Part shown: positions 36,614-46,883 of the stretch, piece by piece
Numbering within the stretch: the first letter of the stretch is position 1
How the letters are laid out: each line of letters opens with the position of its first letter
NCBI GenBank assembly: GCA_963674865.2
Contig: CAXXYE010000009.1
Span: forward strand, 1,568,001 to 1,632,000
From: Candidatus Hydrogenedentota bacterium
GTDB lineage: Bacteria; Hydrogenedentota; Hydrogenedentia; Hydrogenedentales; SLHB01
DNA: 64,000 nucleotides
Direction: 5' to 3'
Notes under the pieces: model-generated
What the model saw: only the letters and a program-made list of their open reading frames with translations
Databases searched by the model: none
Told to the model about the DNA's origin: nothing
Position numbers and translations under genes: made by a program

Positions 36614-38757
36614 CGGCCCTCTCCCGCAATGATTTCAAGCGGAGTATTGGCAACGCTGAAATCGCGGACACGTCCCGTCTGGAAGCGAATCCGCGCGCGT
36701 AGCTTCTTACCCGTTCCCTTCGTATATAACACCGTGCCCGGCCCAAACCGGGCATGCCTGACGCGCGTGCCCGTCTTGAGTTGTCCCGAGTCGGCCTTTG
36801 GAACGGCCGGTCGAGGCGTTGGGGCGGGCGCCTGGGCCTCCTTTGCGCCGCCTACCAGGGCAATTCGATTCGTAGGTATCTCGTCCAGGAAGCGAGATGG
36901 CTCCCTGTCGCGGTACTCGCCGTACATGGTACGCGCCTGGGCAGCCGTGAGGGTCAGTGTTTCCCTGGCCCGCGTCATGGCCACGTAGCAAAGGCGCCGC
37001 TCCTCCTCGATCTCGAGGTCCGAATCCAGCGCGCTTCCATGCGGCAACAATCCCTCCTCCAAACCTACCAGGAACACGTGATCGAACTCAAGGCCCTTGG
37101 CGTTGTGGCAGGTCATCAACGTGACGGCCGGGCTCTCGGGATCCCATCCGTCGGAGTCGGTTTGGAGGGCAAGATCCTGAAGGAAGGCCGCCAACCCGGC
37201 CCCTCCGTTTTCGTCGAAATGGGCGCAGGCTGAGATGAATTCGTCGACTATTTCGAGTCGATCTCTGAAGGTTTTCGCGTCGTCGGCCTGCACGTAGGCT
37301 CTGTATTCCGTAACCTCAAGCAGGTTTCTCACTAGGTCGGCCACGGGGGCCGTCTCGGCGGCTAGGGCCAGGTCATCGATGAGGTGGACGAACTTGGCCG
37401 CGCTATCGCGGGCCAGGGGGCGGACGGTTTGGTCGCCCTCGAGATCATGGAGGACGGTGAGCAGGGACGCGCCGCGAGCCTTGGCATACTCCTCGATCTG
37501 TTCGACGGTCTTCGCGCCGAAGCCGCGCGGCGGTACGTTCAGGATGCGTCTCAGTGCCTCGTCGTCCGCGGGATTCACGAGCAGACGAAGATAACAGAGG
37601 ACATCTTTGATCTCCTTACGCGCGTAGAAGGCGATGCCGCCCACGATGACGTAGGCCAGGCCTTTTCGCCGCATGGCTTCTTCGAGGAGGCGAGACTGCG
37701 CGTGAGTGCGGAAAAGGATGGCCACGTCCCTGGACGGCAACTCCCTTGCCGTGATGTCCTCCGCCACGAACCGGGCCTCATCTTCGCCGTCGGGAGCATG
37801 ATACAGCCGGACGGCGGCGCCGCCCGGTTTTGCCGGCCGGAGCGTCTTGCCCAACCGATTGACGTTGTGGGCGACAAGGCTGTTTGCGGCATTGAGGATG
37901 GCGAAAGTGCTTCGGTAGTTCTCCTCAAGCCGGATGACGGTGGCGTTGGGGAAATCTTCCTCAAAGTCGAGGATATTGCGCAGGTCCGCACCGCGCCAGG
38001 AATAGATGCTCTGATCCTCGTCGCCGACGACGAACAAATTACCGTGTTCCGCGGCGAGGCAATGGGCGATGCGGTACTGGGCGTGATTGGTGTCCTGGTA
38101 CTCGTCGACGAGTACGTAGCGGTACCGGCGGCGATACCGGGCGCGGACTTCCTCATCTTGTTCGAGCAATTTGGCCGGCAGGACAAGGAGGTCGTCGAAA
38201 TCCACTCCGGCGGCCCGCTTGAGGGCGGCGTGGTATCGAGTCCAGAGCTCCGAGAAGGTTACCTCCTCGGGCGTTCCCGCCTCACTTGGTTGTGGAGGGC
38301 CGTTCAGCGCCTGCTTCCGGCGGCTGATCCACTCGAGGGCGGCCCGCGGGGAGACGCGGTCGAACTCCTTGGGCAACTCGCGGATCTGGCGCTTTATGAG
38401 AGCGAGTTGATCCGCGTCGTCGAAGATGGAAAACGTGGCGGGCCGCCCAAGACGCGTCATTTCGCGGCGGAGCATCGTCAAACCGAAGGCGTGAAACGTG
38501 CCGATCCATGCGGCGAGGCGTTCGGCTCCGAGGCGAGACGCTACGCGCGAACGCATTTCTCCTCCTGCCTTGTTTGTGAAGGTCAGGGCGAGGATATTGC
38601 GGGGATCTACACCGCGTTCGTTGATGAGCCAGACAATGCGTTCGACGATAACGCGAGTCTTGCCGGTGCCGGCGCCGGCCAAGACGAGGGTCGGTCCGTC
38701 GCCTTGCTCGACGGCTTGCTGCTGTGCGTCGTTCAGTCCGATGGCGTTGGATTTCAT
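36610..38757 (-). CDS. pcrA: UvrD/PcrA ATP-dependent DNA helicase
   Basis: AGAGTGKT; TFTNKA; VDEYQDTN; VGDEDQSIY; ENYRS; KGLEF; EERRLCYVAMTRA; C-terminal Tudor-like domain. Confidence 0.93.
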   Translation of the reverse strand: MKSNAIGLNDAQQQAVEQGDGPTLVLAGAGTGKTRVIVERIVWLINERGVDPRNILALTFTNKAGGEMRSRVASRLGAERLAAWIGTFHAFGLTMLRREMTRLGRPATFSIFDDADQLALIKRQIRELPKEFDRVSPRAALEWISRRKQALNGPPQPSEAGTPEEVTFSELWTRYHAALKRAAGVDFDDLLVLPAKLLEQDEEVRARYRRRYRYVLVDEYQDTNHAQYRIAHCLAAEHGNLFVVGDEDQSIYSWRGADLRNILDFEEDFPNATVIRLEENYRSTFAILNAANSLVAHNVNRLGKTLRPAKPGGAAVRLYHAPDGEDEARFVAEDITARELPSRDVAILFRTHAQSRLLEEAMRRKGLAYVIVGGIAFYARKEIKDVLCYLRLLVNPADDEALRRILNVPPRGFGAKTVEQIEEYAKARGASLLTVLHDLEGDQTVRPLARDSAAKFVHLIDDLALAAETAPVADLVRNLLEVTEYRAYVQADDAKTFRDRLEIVDEFISACAHFDENGGAGLAAFLQDLALQTDSDGWDPESPAVTLMTCHNAKGLEFDHVFLVGLEEGLLPHGSALDSDLEIEEERRLCYVAMTRARETLTLTAAQARTMYGEYRDREPSRFLDEIPTNRIALVGGAKEAQAPAPTPRPAVPKADSGQLKTGTRVRHARFGPGTVLYTKGTGKKLRARIRFQTGRVRDFSVANTPLEIIAGEGR

Positions 38758-38836
38758 GTTGGGGGCGATATCTCCTGATGCGGCGTGAAGGCGCCTATCG
38801 TAAGCCGGGAATCGTCTTGTTTCAAGCGCCCGCGCG

Positions 38837-39676
38837 CTAGACAATCACGACGCCTGAAGCGCCGTCCTCATGAGTGCTGTCCCGGGCGCCAGGCGGCATG
38901 TCGCCGAGTTCCTCGCGGAATCGGGCGAAATCGTCCGCCATCCTATCGCGGACGAGGAAGAAATCGCCGCTGTGCAGAATAAGATTGGCTCCCTCTTTTG
39001 CCCACCGGATCTCGTGCTCGATGCCGAAGGAGAAGTGTAGTCCCACGCCGACGTTATGGGCGCGAGCCTTGCGAATGATGAGGTTCACCGCCTCATTGAA
39101 GGTCGGGTGCCCGTATTCCTCGGGGAGGCCAAGACTCAGCGATAGGTCGTGGGGGCCGATGAGGAGGGCGTCGATGTCCGGTACGGCAAGGATCTGCTCG
39201 AGCGCTTCAAGAGCGGCGACGCTCTCGATATTGACAATCATCAGGCGGTTGGCGTTTCGCTCTTCGAGGTAGGCAGCCAACTTAGGTTCCAGTTCCTCAT
39301 GGCCGTCGAGAAACCGGGACAGCCGGCGCCCTTTCAGTGGGCGGAACTTGACGGCCCCGCGCAGTTCCTTCACTTCTTCGACTGATTCCATGTACGGTGC
39401 GACGACACCGGCGGCGCCGCCGTCCAGCACCATGCAGGCCTGATAAGGATCAGGCTTCGGAATGCGGACGACGGGGGCCATGTTCAACGCGGTATACATC
39501 TGGCACATCCAGGCCAAGTCGCTGCGGCCTATGGGGATATGCTCGGTATCGATGAAGGCGAGATCAAGGCCCAACCCGGCGATCATCGCGGGCCAGAGCG
39601 GCGAGGTGGATACGATGCACGAGCCGTACACCCGGCGGCCTTCGTGGAACGCTTCGGCGAGTTGACGCCCATTCAT
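38837..39676 (-). CDS. HpcH/HpaI-family aldolase
   Basis: FIDTEH; LDGGAAGVVAP; NIES; IGPHDLS. Confidence 0.9.
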   Translation of the reverse strand: MNGRQLAEAFHEGRRVYGSCIVSTSPLWPAMIAGLGLDLAFIDTEHIPIGRSDLAWMCQMYTALNMAPVVRIPKPDPYQACMVLDGGAAGVVAPYMESVEEVKELRGAVKFRPLKGRRLSRFLDGHEELEPKLAAYLEERNANRLMIVNIESVAALEALEQILAVPDIDALLIGPHDLSLSLGLPEEYGHPTFNEAVNLIIRKARAHNVGVGLHFSFGIEHEIRWAKEGANLILHSGDFFLVRDRMADDFARFREELGDMPPGARDSTHEDGASGVVIV

Positions 39677-39842
39677 ATGAGAGTCCTTTCCAAACATGTG
39701 TACTGCGAGGCCGGCTGCATTCTAACGTATACCGGGGAGCCGATTCCCGGTTGGCGTTCCGGTTGGCGATGGAAAGCAGCCATGCACCGAGTACTACCGA
39801 CGCCGCCACGGCGAAGTAGGACCGTTCCCTGGTTTGCCTGGC

Positions 39843-41288
39843 CTATCCCGCGCTCTTCGGCGGCAGTTCGGGCTTCGGCACGGCCATAGCGTCGAGCGTA
39901 TCTGAACCTTGCCCGAGCCGCGCCGCGTAAGGTAGGAGTGTCTCAGACAGCGTGAACGCGCAGGGCCGTAACTCGCGGCCTTCGGCGCCGATGCACGGGA
40001 GCATCTCCCGGGCTTCATCTTCGGGCATGATGACGCGATATACGTGATCCGGGGCGAGATCCGACGTGACGACGGTTCCGCTCTCTTTCGCGTTTTCAAC
40101 GGCGATGTCCACCGTGAAGCCCGCCCACTGCGATATGTCCACGGCCTTGGGCGTCTGCTCGAGGTAGAACAGGATTTCCCTGCCTGACAACTCGACCACC
40201 ACGGGGGGCTGCTCTCCCAGGCGCAAGGTCCGATAAAGCGTGTTGTAGGTGATGGTTCCCTCCGGCAGGCCACGGCAAAAAGTGCCCGTGCGCGCCAACG
40301 CCACGTCGGCTTCGCCTGTGTCGAACAGAGCTTCTGCAAGGAGTCTGGCCATGCTCCGGCGGGAGACCTCCTGACGGCATGTCCCTACGGTCTCATCCAC
40401 CTCCGGGCAGATGAGGCGCTCTTGCTGGGCGATCCAATCGCGCAGCTCGGCGTCGGAGTCGGCGTACTTGGACCTCATGGGGACGAGCTTGCCCTTGTGA
40501 GCAAGCACTTCCTCGGTGTCGAGGTCCACCTTGACCTTGAGCCGGCCCACGTATTGGCTGCACGCGCCGGCCTCGATGATGACGGCGCCGGTTTCCTTCA
40601 CCACGACTGGTTTGAAGAGCTTCTCGTGCGAGTGGCCGCCAATGAACACATCTATCGCCGGGACAGCCCGCGATACCGTGGCGCAATCTCTTGAAGACAA
40701 ATGACACAATGCCACCAGTAGATGCACATCCGGTTCGAGCCGCTCGGCCTCGCGCGCCAGCAGCGGGCATGAGTCCTCTAGCGTCAAGGTCTCTTCCGAA
40801 CGTTTGACTGTCAGGCCAATGACGCCCACCTTCATGCCGTCCACGTCGAAGATCTGCGAGCCGGACAGCAGCGGTTTTCCGGATTCGTCGAAGGCGTTAA
40901 GGCATAGTGAGGGGAATGTCGCCCCTTGCGCCAAGTCTACTGTGTGTGCCGAACCGTAATAGAACTCATGGTTGCCGGGAACCGTGGCATCGTAGCCGAT
41001 CATTCCCATGATCTGATAGAGCGCACGTCCCTTTGTTACGCCGGGCAGCATGTCGCCCTTGTTGTTAACATCGCCCCCGTCGAGTAATAGCGTGTCAGGC
41101 CGCTTGGCCGTCACCTGGCGGATGTAGCCGCCCACGCGTGCCATGCCGCCCACGCCGTCCGCTCCCTCACGGATGTGGCCGTGAATGTCGTTCGTGTGCA
41201 GGATGAGCACCGTGTCCGTGGAACGATGGGCGCAGGATACCGTCACAGCTACCAGCAGCATTCCCGCTAACGCTTGCTTGAGCGACAT
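39843..41288 (-). CDS. lipoprotein 5'-nucleotidase / metallophosphoesterase
   Basis: LHTNDIHG; LDGGD; GNHEF; GGHSH; lipobox-like TVSC. Confidence 0.9.
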   Translation of the reverse strand: MSLKQALAGMLLVAVTVSCAHRSTDTVLILHTNDIHGHIREGADGVGGMARVGGYIRQVTAKRPDTLLLDGGDVNNKGDMLPGVTKGRALYQIMGMIGYDATVPGNHEFYYGSAHTVDLAQGATFPSLCLNAFDESGKPLLSGSQIFDVDGMKVGVIGLTVKRSEETLTLEDSCPLLAREAERLEPDVHLLVALCHLSSRDCATVSRAVPAIDVFIGGHSHEKLFKPVVVKETGAVIIEAGACSQYVGRLKVKVDLDTEEVLAHKGKLVPMRSKYADSDAELRDWIAQQERLICPEVDETVGTCRQEVSRRSMARLLAEALFDTGEADVALARTGTFCRGLPEGTITYNTLYRTLRLGEQPPVVVELSGREILFYLEQTPKAVDISQWAGFTVDIAVENAKESGTVVTSDLAPDHVYRVIMPEDEAREMLPCIGAEGRELRPCAFTLSETLLPYAARLGQGSDTLDAMAVPKPELPPKSAG

Positions 41289-41532
41289 GGCGTGTTTAAC
41301 TCCTTCCGATCGATAAGGCGTCGGATAATTGCGATTTGCCGGATTTTCCCGGCGGGCAACTTGTTGACGAGCCCAGCCTAGCACGTTGGGCCGGCCGTGA
41401 GCCACCCGCATAAGTCCAGAGAGGACTTGCCGGGGTGGGCTTTCCCGCGTCGGGGCTTCCCCAGGAAAAGCGAAGCGGGACGTGGCCGATTCTTGTCGCC
41501 GGCCGCGTCCCGCCTCAGTATGCGTCTCAGCG

Positions 41533-43983
41533 TTACTGTTGGATCAACCAGACCTCGGACACCATACAACCGCGCCCGTCAACGAGATTCCATTCGAGGT
41601 CGAGCGTGCCATCCTGCGTGGCTTCATGGGGGATGTAGTACTCGACCGGCCAGATGGGACTGGGCTGTTTCACCGGGCCGTGGATACCGTAAGTGTCGTT
41701 CACGGTGAGCGTCATGGTCGGGTGGTAACGCCCCGCGTAAGTCACGCGTAGGCGGTAGGTTGCGTCGGGGTCGAGCCCGTTATAGTGCATCTTGAGGGGC
41801 GTGCCGTACTGGGCCGTCATCTGCGATTGCCAGGACATGCGAAGTTCCTGGCGAGGCCTGGGGCCGGACCTCCTTTTGGCCTGTTGCTCTTCCTTGAATG
41901 TTGCGTTGGCCTCCTCGAAGGCGCTCTGCGCCTTAGCAATCTCCTCTTTGTCGGCCTTGTAGTATGGGAAGGCCACACGGGGCGAGTGGCAGGCGGAGGG
42001 GTCTTGCTCCCAGGTCTGCTGGTACACGACGTGTGAGAACTCACCAACGGTGCCGAGGTTGTCGTAGAAGCCACCGGGGCCGGGATCCGTCCAGTTCACG
42101 AGCCTATCGATAGCCGCCAACTGGGCCGACTTGTCCGCCATGTCCAGGATCGACTTGAACTGCTGTTCGAGCCAGGGGCGGTCATTGAGGGGCTGATCCA
42201 ACCAATCCAGCATGGCGCCGCGTTCGGGATTCCTCGCCTTGTAAGGCTCCTTCACACTCAACTGGTAGCCGATACTCTTCAGCAGGACGGGCCCCAGGTC
42301 CTCGATGCCTTTGCGGAGCTCGGGGGCGATGGGGGCGTCGGCTTTGGCCAGCGCCGCGAGGGCGTTGGCGATGGCCGTATCCGCGCCGACGGCGGATGCT
42401 TTGGCCAGTGCGGCGTAGGCGGCCTCTTCGTAGCGGGACTCGGCGCGAGCCTTTTCCTGCACGTACGCGTCGAAACGCGCGCGGAAGAGGTACATTTGGG
42501 CGCGCCAGTTCGTGTCAAAATCGGCGCAGCGCTCCGCGATACTTTCCCAAAGTGCCAAGGTCTTGGGAATAGTCGTGTTCTCCAGGATTGGCCCCTGCCA
42601 GTTCTCCTCGAACATCGCCAAGCCCTTGGCAACGTCATCGGCCAATGCAGCGCCCCACCAGACCTTGCCGTATTCCTCGAGCAAGGTGTCCAGGTTGGCC
42701 TTGGGATCCCAGCCGTAGACGCTCCAGACGACCTTGTTGAGATCATCGTGGATCCCGTCCGAGTACGTGCCGAAGCCATCTGTGATGTCCCTATACCGGA
42801 GATAGATGTGTTTCTGCATCTTCGGCATGGGCATCATGGGCTCCCGGTTGACGGTGTTCGCGAAGATGGGATCCCAGTTCGGGATGGGATACTGGCAGCG
42901 GACGGTATGATTGATGTCCGGGTAGCGCCGGAGCGGGAAGCGCTTCGGCGTACGCGCACGCATCTCCTCCCAGCCCATCTTCGTCCACGGGCCGTACACG
43001 ACGCCCGCCAACCATTCGGGGGCCTCCTTGGCAAGGTAGCCGAAGAAATAGTCGTTTTCTTCGAGCGTAAAGGTCTGGTTCGACACCCAGAGCTTCGCGT
43101 TCGGATGGGACTCCTTGAGTAGCGGGGCAAGATCTTCCAGGAATGGCACGAGGTACTCAGCGGGCGTGTTGCCGTCGTCGCCGCCGGGCACAAAGAAGTG
43201 GTCGATCACCGGGAAGTCCGCGAACATGGCCTGGCGTTTTTCGAGAGCCTCCTTCTTGCCTTCAGGCGTCGTAACATCCTCATCTTTCTCCGCCATGACA
43301 GGCGACCAAAGCCAGACGTCGATGCCGTAGGACGCGATAACCGCGGCCAATTTCACGTTCATGGCGCGCATGGCTTCCGCCATGACTGGGCCGTCTTTCT
43401 TATCCGGGTCAAGGTTCGGGATCAATTCGATGCCGTTGCAGCCGAATAGGATCAGGTCCCGGATGTACTGCTCGTACATGTCCACAGTCCACGCATCATA
43501 GGTGTTGGCTGTGTTTCGATAGGCGAGCTGATGCGCGCGGACAGGTACATCCGGGGCGGTGGCGACGGGGGCGGCCAGGACCAGGGCCAGCGTGCCCGGG
43601 CCGCAATCCGCCAGGCGGATCAGCCGCCCGGCGGCGAACATGGCGCCGCGCACATCACGCCCAACGAGTTTCACGGTGTTTCCATCCAGAGCGACGCCGT
43701 ACGCTTCGGCTTTGGCGGGGACTTCGACGCCCGTGATCGAATCCGCCGTGCCGATGAGGATCGCCGGGCCGCCCGCAGGAGCATCATCGGCGATGGCGAG
43801 TTCGACTCCGGAGCGCTCCGCGAGTTCCTCCTGCAGCATTTGGGCCGCCTTGAGAACGACCCCCTCCGCTGGTTTCGGGACGATAACGGCCGACGACAAA
43901 TCCACCGCCGCCCACGATGATGTTGAGCACGCCGCGACCACCAGCACGGCGATTAGAAGCTGTCCCCTTACACTCCTCTTCAT
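41533..43983 (-). CDS. secreted glycoside hydrolase-like protein (GH20/GH67-type N-terminal domain plus TIM barrel)
   Basis: Signal peptide; EAYGV..LVGRDVRGAMFAAGRLIR pattern; RBS GGAGG. Confidence 0.6.
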   Translation of the reverse strand: MKRSVRGQLLIAVLVVAACSTSSWAAVDLSSAVIVPKPAEGVVLKAAQMLQEELAERSGVELAIADDAPAGGPAILIGTADSITGVEVPAKAEAYGVALDGNTVKLVGRDVRGAMFAAGRLIRLADCGPGTLALVLAAPVATAPDVPVRAHQLAYRNTANTYDAWTVDMYEQYIRDLILFGCNGIELIPNLDPDKKDGPVMAEAMRAMNVKLAAVIASYGIDVWLWSPVMAEKDEDVTTPEGKKEALEKRQAMFADFPVIDHFFVPGGDDGNTPAEYLVPFLEDLAPLLKESHPNAKLWVSNQTFTLEENDYFFGYLAKEAPEWLAGVVYGPWTKMGWEEMRARTPKRFPLRRYPDINHTVRCQYPIPNWDPIFANTVNREPMMPMPKMQKHIYLRYRDITDGFGTYSDGIHDDLNKVVWSVYGWDPKANLDTLLEEYGKVWWGAALADDVAKGLAMFEENWQGPILENTTIPKTLALWESIAERCADFDTNWRAQMYLFRARFDAYVQEKARAESRYEEAAYAALAKASAVGADTAIANALAALAKADAPIAPELRKGIEDLGPVLLKSIGYQLSVKEPYKARNPERGAMLDWLDQPLNDRPWLEQQFKSILDMADKSAQLAAIDRLVNWTDPGPGGFYDNLGTVGEFSHVVYQQTWEQDPSACHSPRVAFPYYKADKEEIAKAQSAFEEANATFKEEQQAKRRSGPRPRQELRMSWQSQMTAQYGTPLKMHYNGLDPDATYRLRVTYAGRYHPTMTLTVNDTYGIHGPVKQPSPIWPVEYYIPHEATQDGTLDLEWNLVDGRGCMVSEVWLIQQ

Positions 43984-44196
43984 ACGATCGTCCTCCAGAC
44001 TGATTAGGTTGGTCGAGAATCCGCCCGTGACCGCCGCGGGCAAAGTCTGATCATAGGTGTTGCGCCCAGGGCGTTCAAGACTTCTTTGGGGATTCTCGCA
44101 GGACTGCAAACGCCAGGCTCGGCGTGGTAAAGTCAGAAAGCGAACGGGCCGCTGCGTTCGCCCAGAAGGCATCTCTGAGAAAGGACGGGACACGCG

Positions 44197-45519
44197 ATGA
44201 AGCGACGCGAGTTTCTACAGGCTACGGCGGTGAGTCCCGTGGTAGCGGGCGCTGCCATGGGTGCAGGTGTTACGGGAGAGGAAGGCAAGGGCGTTTCGGC
44301 GATTCCCATTGCGGCCGACGAGACGATCGTCTACGAATCGCCCGATCCTGCAACGGTTTACGCCTATAGCCCGGGGCTGGCCCGGCTCCCCGGCGGCCGC
44401 CTGGTGGCGACAATGGATCAGGGCGGGCCCGGAGTCGAGCACCTGCCGGGCATGAAATTCACGGCCAATGGATATCCTCACAAAGCGAAGATCTGGACCA
44501 GCGATGACCGGGGCAAGACATGGAGCCATCGCGCCGATATCCCCTTGGAACACGCCCGGCCCTTCGCCGCGGGCGGCGCGGTGTATGTCCTTGGGCAGTT
44601 CGAAGATCTAGGTGTGACTCGCTCCGATGACGGCGGCACGACATGGGGGCCGGTGGTTCCGTTGACGCACGGCCAACGCTGGCACCAGGCTCCGTGCAAT
44701 GTCCATTACGTTGGCGGCCGCGTCTACCTCGTCATGGAACGCAAGACCGACGACGACGGCGGTCCATCCTCCCTCGCCCCAGTGCTTATGCGAGCAGAGG
44801 AGGGGGCCGACCTGACGCGACGCGATTCGTGGACCTTTTCGAGTGAGCTCAACTTCACCCAGGCCCTCGAGCTGTTCGGCCCGGCGCACCTCGTAGGCAT
44901 TCCCTTCTTCGCCGAGCAGACACGAGGATGGCTCGAAACGAATGTCGTTCAGTTCACCGATCCCGACCATGTCTGGTACGACTCGGCAGGCCGGACATTT
45001 CACTTGTGGCTGCGTGCCTACACCGGATTGACGGGATATGCGGCCATCGCCAAGGCCGTCGAGGACGACTCGGGAGCTATCACTGTATCTCTCGAGCGGG
45101 CGCCCTCCGGGGAGCCTATCTTATACGTGCCCTGTCCCGGCGGCTATATGAAGTTCCACATCCTCTACGACGGGCAGACGAAGCTGTTCTGGCTGCTGGC
45201 CAACCAGTCCACCGACTCGATGACGCGCCCCGATCGGCTCACCAAGGACCGCGACGAAGCGGAACACCACAAATGGCCCAATAACGAGCGGCATCGCCTT
45301 GTCCTATACTTCTCGCGGAACTGTATGGACTGGGTGTTCGCCTGCCGGATCGCCGACTCGGGAACCTACGGTCAAGGGAGGCACTACGCTTCGATGGTTT
45401 TCGACGGGGATGACCTGCACGTCCTGTCGCGCTCGGGCGACCACCGCGCGAAGGACGCCCACGACGGCAATCTCATCACCTTCCACACAGTCCGAAACTT
45501 CCGCGCGCTGGTCTATTGA
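44197..45519 (+). CDS. Tat-exported BNR/Asp-box (sialidase-like) protein
   Basis: MKRREFL; Asp boxes SDDRGKTW and SDDGGTTW. Confidence 0.8.
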   Translation: MKRREFLQATAVSPVVAGAAMGAGVTGEEGKGVSAIPIAADETIVYESPDPATVYAYSPGLARLPGGRLVATMDQGGPGVEHLPGMKFTANGYPHKAKIWTSDDRGKTWSHRADIPLEHARPFAAGGAVYVLGQFEDLGVTRSDDGGTTWGPVVPLTHGQRWHQAPCNVHYVGGRVYLVMERKTDDDGGPSSLAPVLMRAEEGADLTRRDSWTFSSELNFTQALELFGPAHLVGIPFFAEQTRGWLETNVVQFTDPDHVWYDSAGRTFHLWLRAYTGLTGYAAIAKAVEDDSGAITVSLERAPSGEPILYVPCPGGYMKFHILYDGQTKLFWLLANQSTDSMTRPDRLTKDRDEAEHHKWPNNERHRLVLYFSRNCMDWVFACRIADSGTYGQGRHYASMVFDGDDLHVLSRSGDHRAKDAHDGNLITFHTVRNFRALVY

Positions 45520-46712
45520 ACAGGCGAGGCCTTGGCGGGCGCCCCCTCAGGGAGTGGGGCTTTTCCGCCCTTGTCCGATGCGGAAGATCCTGCGCCGCTT
45601 CCCTTTTCGGGAGTGCTGTCGGCGGTTGAGTACGTGGGGGGGCCTTGCGCTTCGAGCGAGGCAAATTCCGGTGGGCAGTACACCGACGCTTCGCCGGACG
45701 TGATGGCGGGGAGGCCGTCGAGGGCAGCGGGAACCGGGCCAAAGCGCTCGACCGCCGGCGCTGAACTAGGCACGATGACATTGCGGTGTACGGGGGTGGG
45801 CGTGAGGACGTTGACGGGAGGGGAATCGTCCGGGTCGGCAAGAACCACGCCTCCCGCATCGATAGGATGAAGGCGTGCACTTGTCGGATCTGCGGAGTCA
45901 GTGACGGCGGTCTCTGACGATGGTGGTTCTTGGAGTCCTTTCGACGTGTAATGGCCGACGGCCCAGACGCCCGCCGCCATCACGGTGACGGCAGCGACGC
46001 CTAGTCCGGCCATGGACACCGCGCTTATGCCGGCCACTGTGCCGGTACCGGCCGTTAGGACTGTTGCGCCCGTGCCCAAGGCGGTCTTCCACGGGGCTGT
46101 GGCCGAGGCCACGGTCGCGGCGATGGCGCGCGCATCGGACTTGCGGGGACGTTCGTCCTCGAAAACATCGTGCATTTGATTGATAAGATTGCTGCTCAGG
46201 GCCTTCCGCGCACGGTAAAGACGCTTCTTGACGGCATTCTTCGAGATATCCAGCGAGGCGGCGATCTCGGAAATGTTGAGGCCGGAGAAGTAGAAAAGGA
46301 GGAGTATCTCGCGGTGGATTGGATCCATTGCCATGACTTGCCCCCGGAGCATCGCTCTGAGTTCACGTCCCCCGAAATCGGGAGAGTAGGCTCTGGTATG
46401 AGGAGCAACTTCATCGAGCGCCTCCCGATGGCGCTGTCGGGAGCGGACGAGGGATACGCCCGCGTTTCGGGCAATTGTGAGTAGCCAGGACTTGAATCGG
46501 GCAGGCTCACGCAGAGTATCGAGCGACCTAAACGCCTTTAGGAAAGCCTCTTGGGCCACGTCGAGGGCGTCTTCGCGGTTGCCCGTCTGTGCGTAGGCTA
46601 TGGCGTGAACCATCGGCAAGTAGCGCTCTACGAGGATGTCAAAATCCTCTTGCTGGCCGGACATAACCCGTCGGACAAGTTCGCCATCGTTTTGCCGTTT
46701 TCTTCCAAACAT
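45513..46712 (-). CDS. ECF RNA polymerase sigma factor with C-terminal TM and Pro/Ser-rich extension
   Basis: DALDVAQEAFLKAF..FKSWLLTIARN (region 2); EIAASLDIS...VKKRLYRAR (region 4); ~200-aa extension. Confidence 0.9.
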   Translation of the reverse strand: MFGRKRQNDGELVRRVMSGQQEDFDILVERYLPMVHAIAYAQTGNREDALDVAQEAFLKAFRSLDTLREPARFKSWLLTIARNAGVSLVRSRQRHREALDEVAPHTRAYSPDFGGRELRAMLRGQVMAMDPIHREILLLFYFSGLNISEIAASLDISKNAVKKRLYRARKALSSNLINQMHDVFEDERPRKSDARAIAATVASATAPWKTALGTGATVLTAGTGTVAGISAVSMAGLGVAAVTVMAAGVWAVGHYTSKGLQEPPSSETAVTDSADPTSARLHPIDAGGVVLADPDDSPPVNVLTPTPVHRNVIVPSSAPAVERFGPVPAALDGLPAITSGEASVYCPPEFASLEAQGPPTYSTADSTPEKGSGAGSSASDKGGKAPLPEGAPAKASPVQ

Positions 46713-46820
46713 TGCCGGTTTGTCCCATTACCGTGTCTACATACATTATAGACGTTCTAAACCGGGACCTGGGGTCGCGGGAGAGGAGTGGACTTGCAGG
46801 CCGGACCCGTGGCCACGCCA

Positions 46821-46849
46821 TTGACAAGCGCTTGTCCAGATGGTAGCGT
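46821..46849 (+). promoter_or_regulatory. sigma70 promoter with an overlapping 14-bp palindrome
   Basis: TTGACA-17-TAGCGT with TG extension; GACAAGCGCTTGTC at 46823-46836. Confidence 0.6.
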
Positions 46850-46883
46850 GCTGGTGTTCCGGCATCAAGGAGCATTTGGGGCC

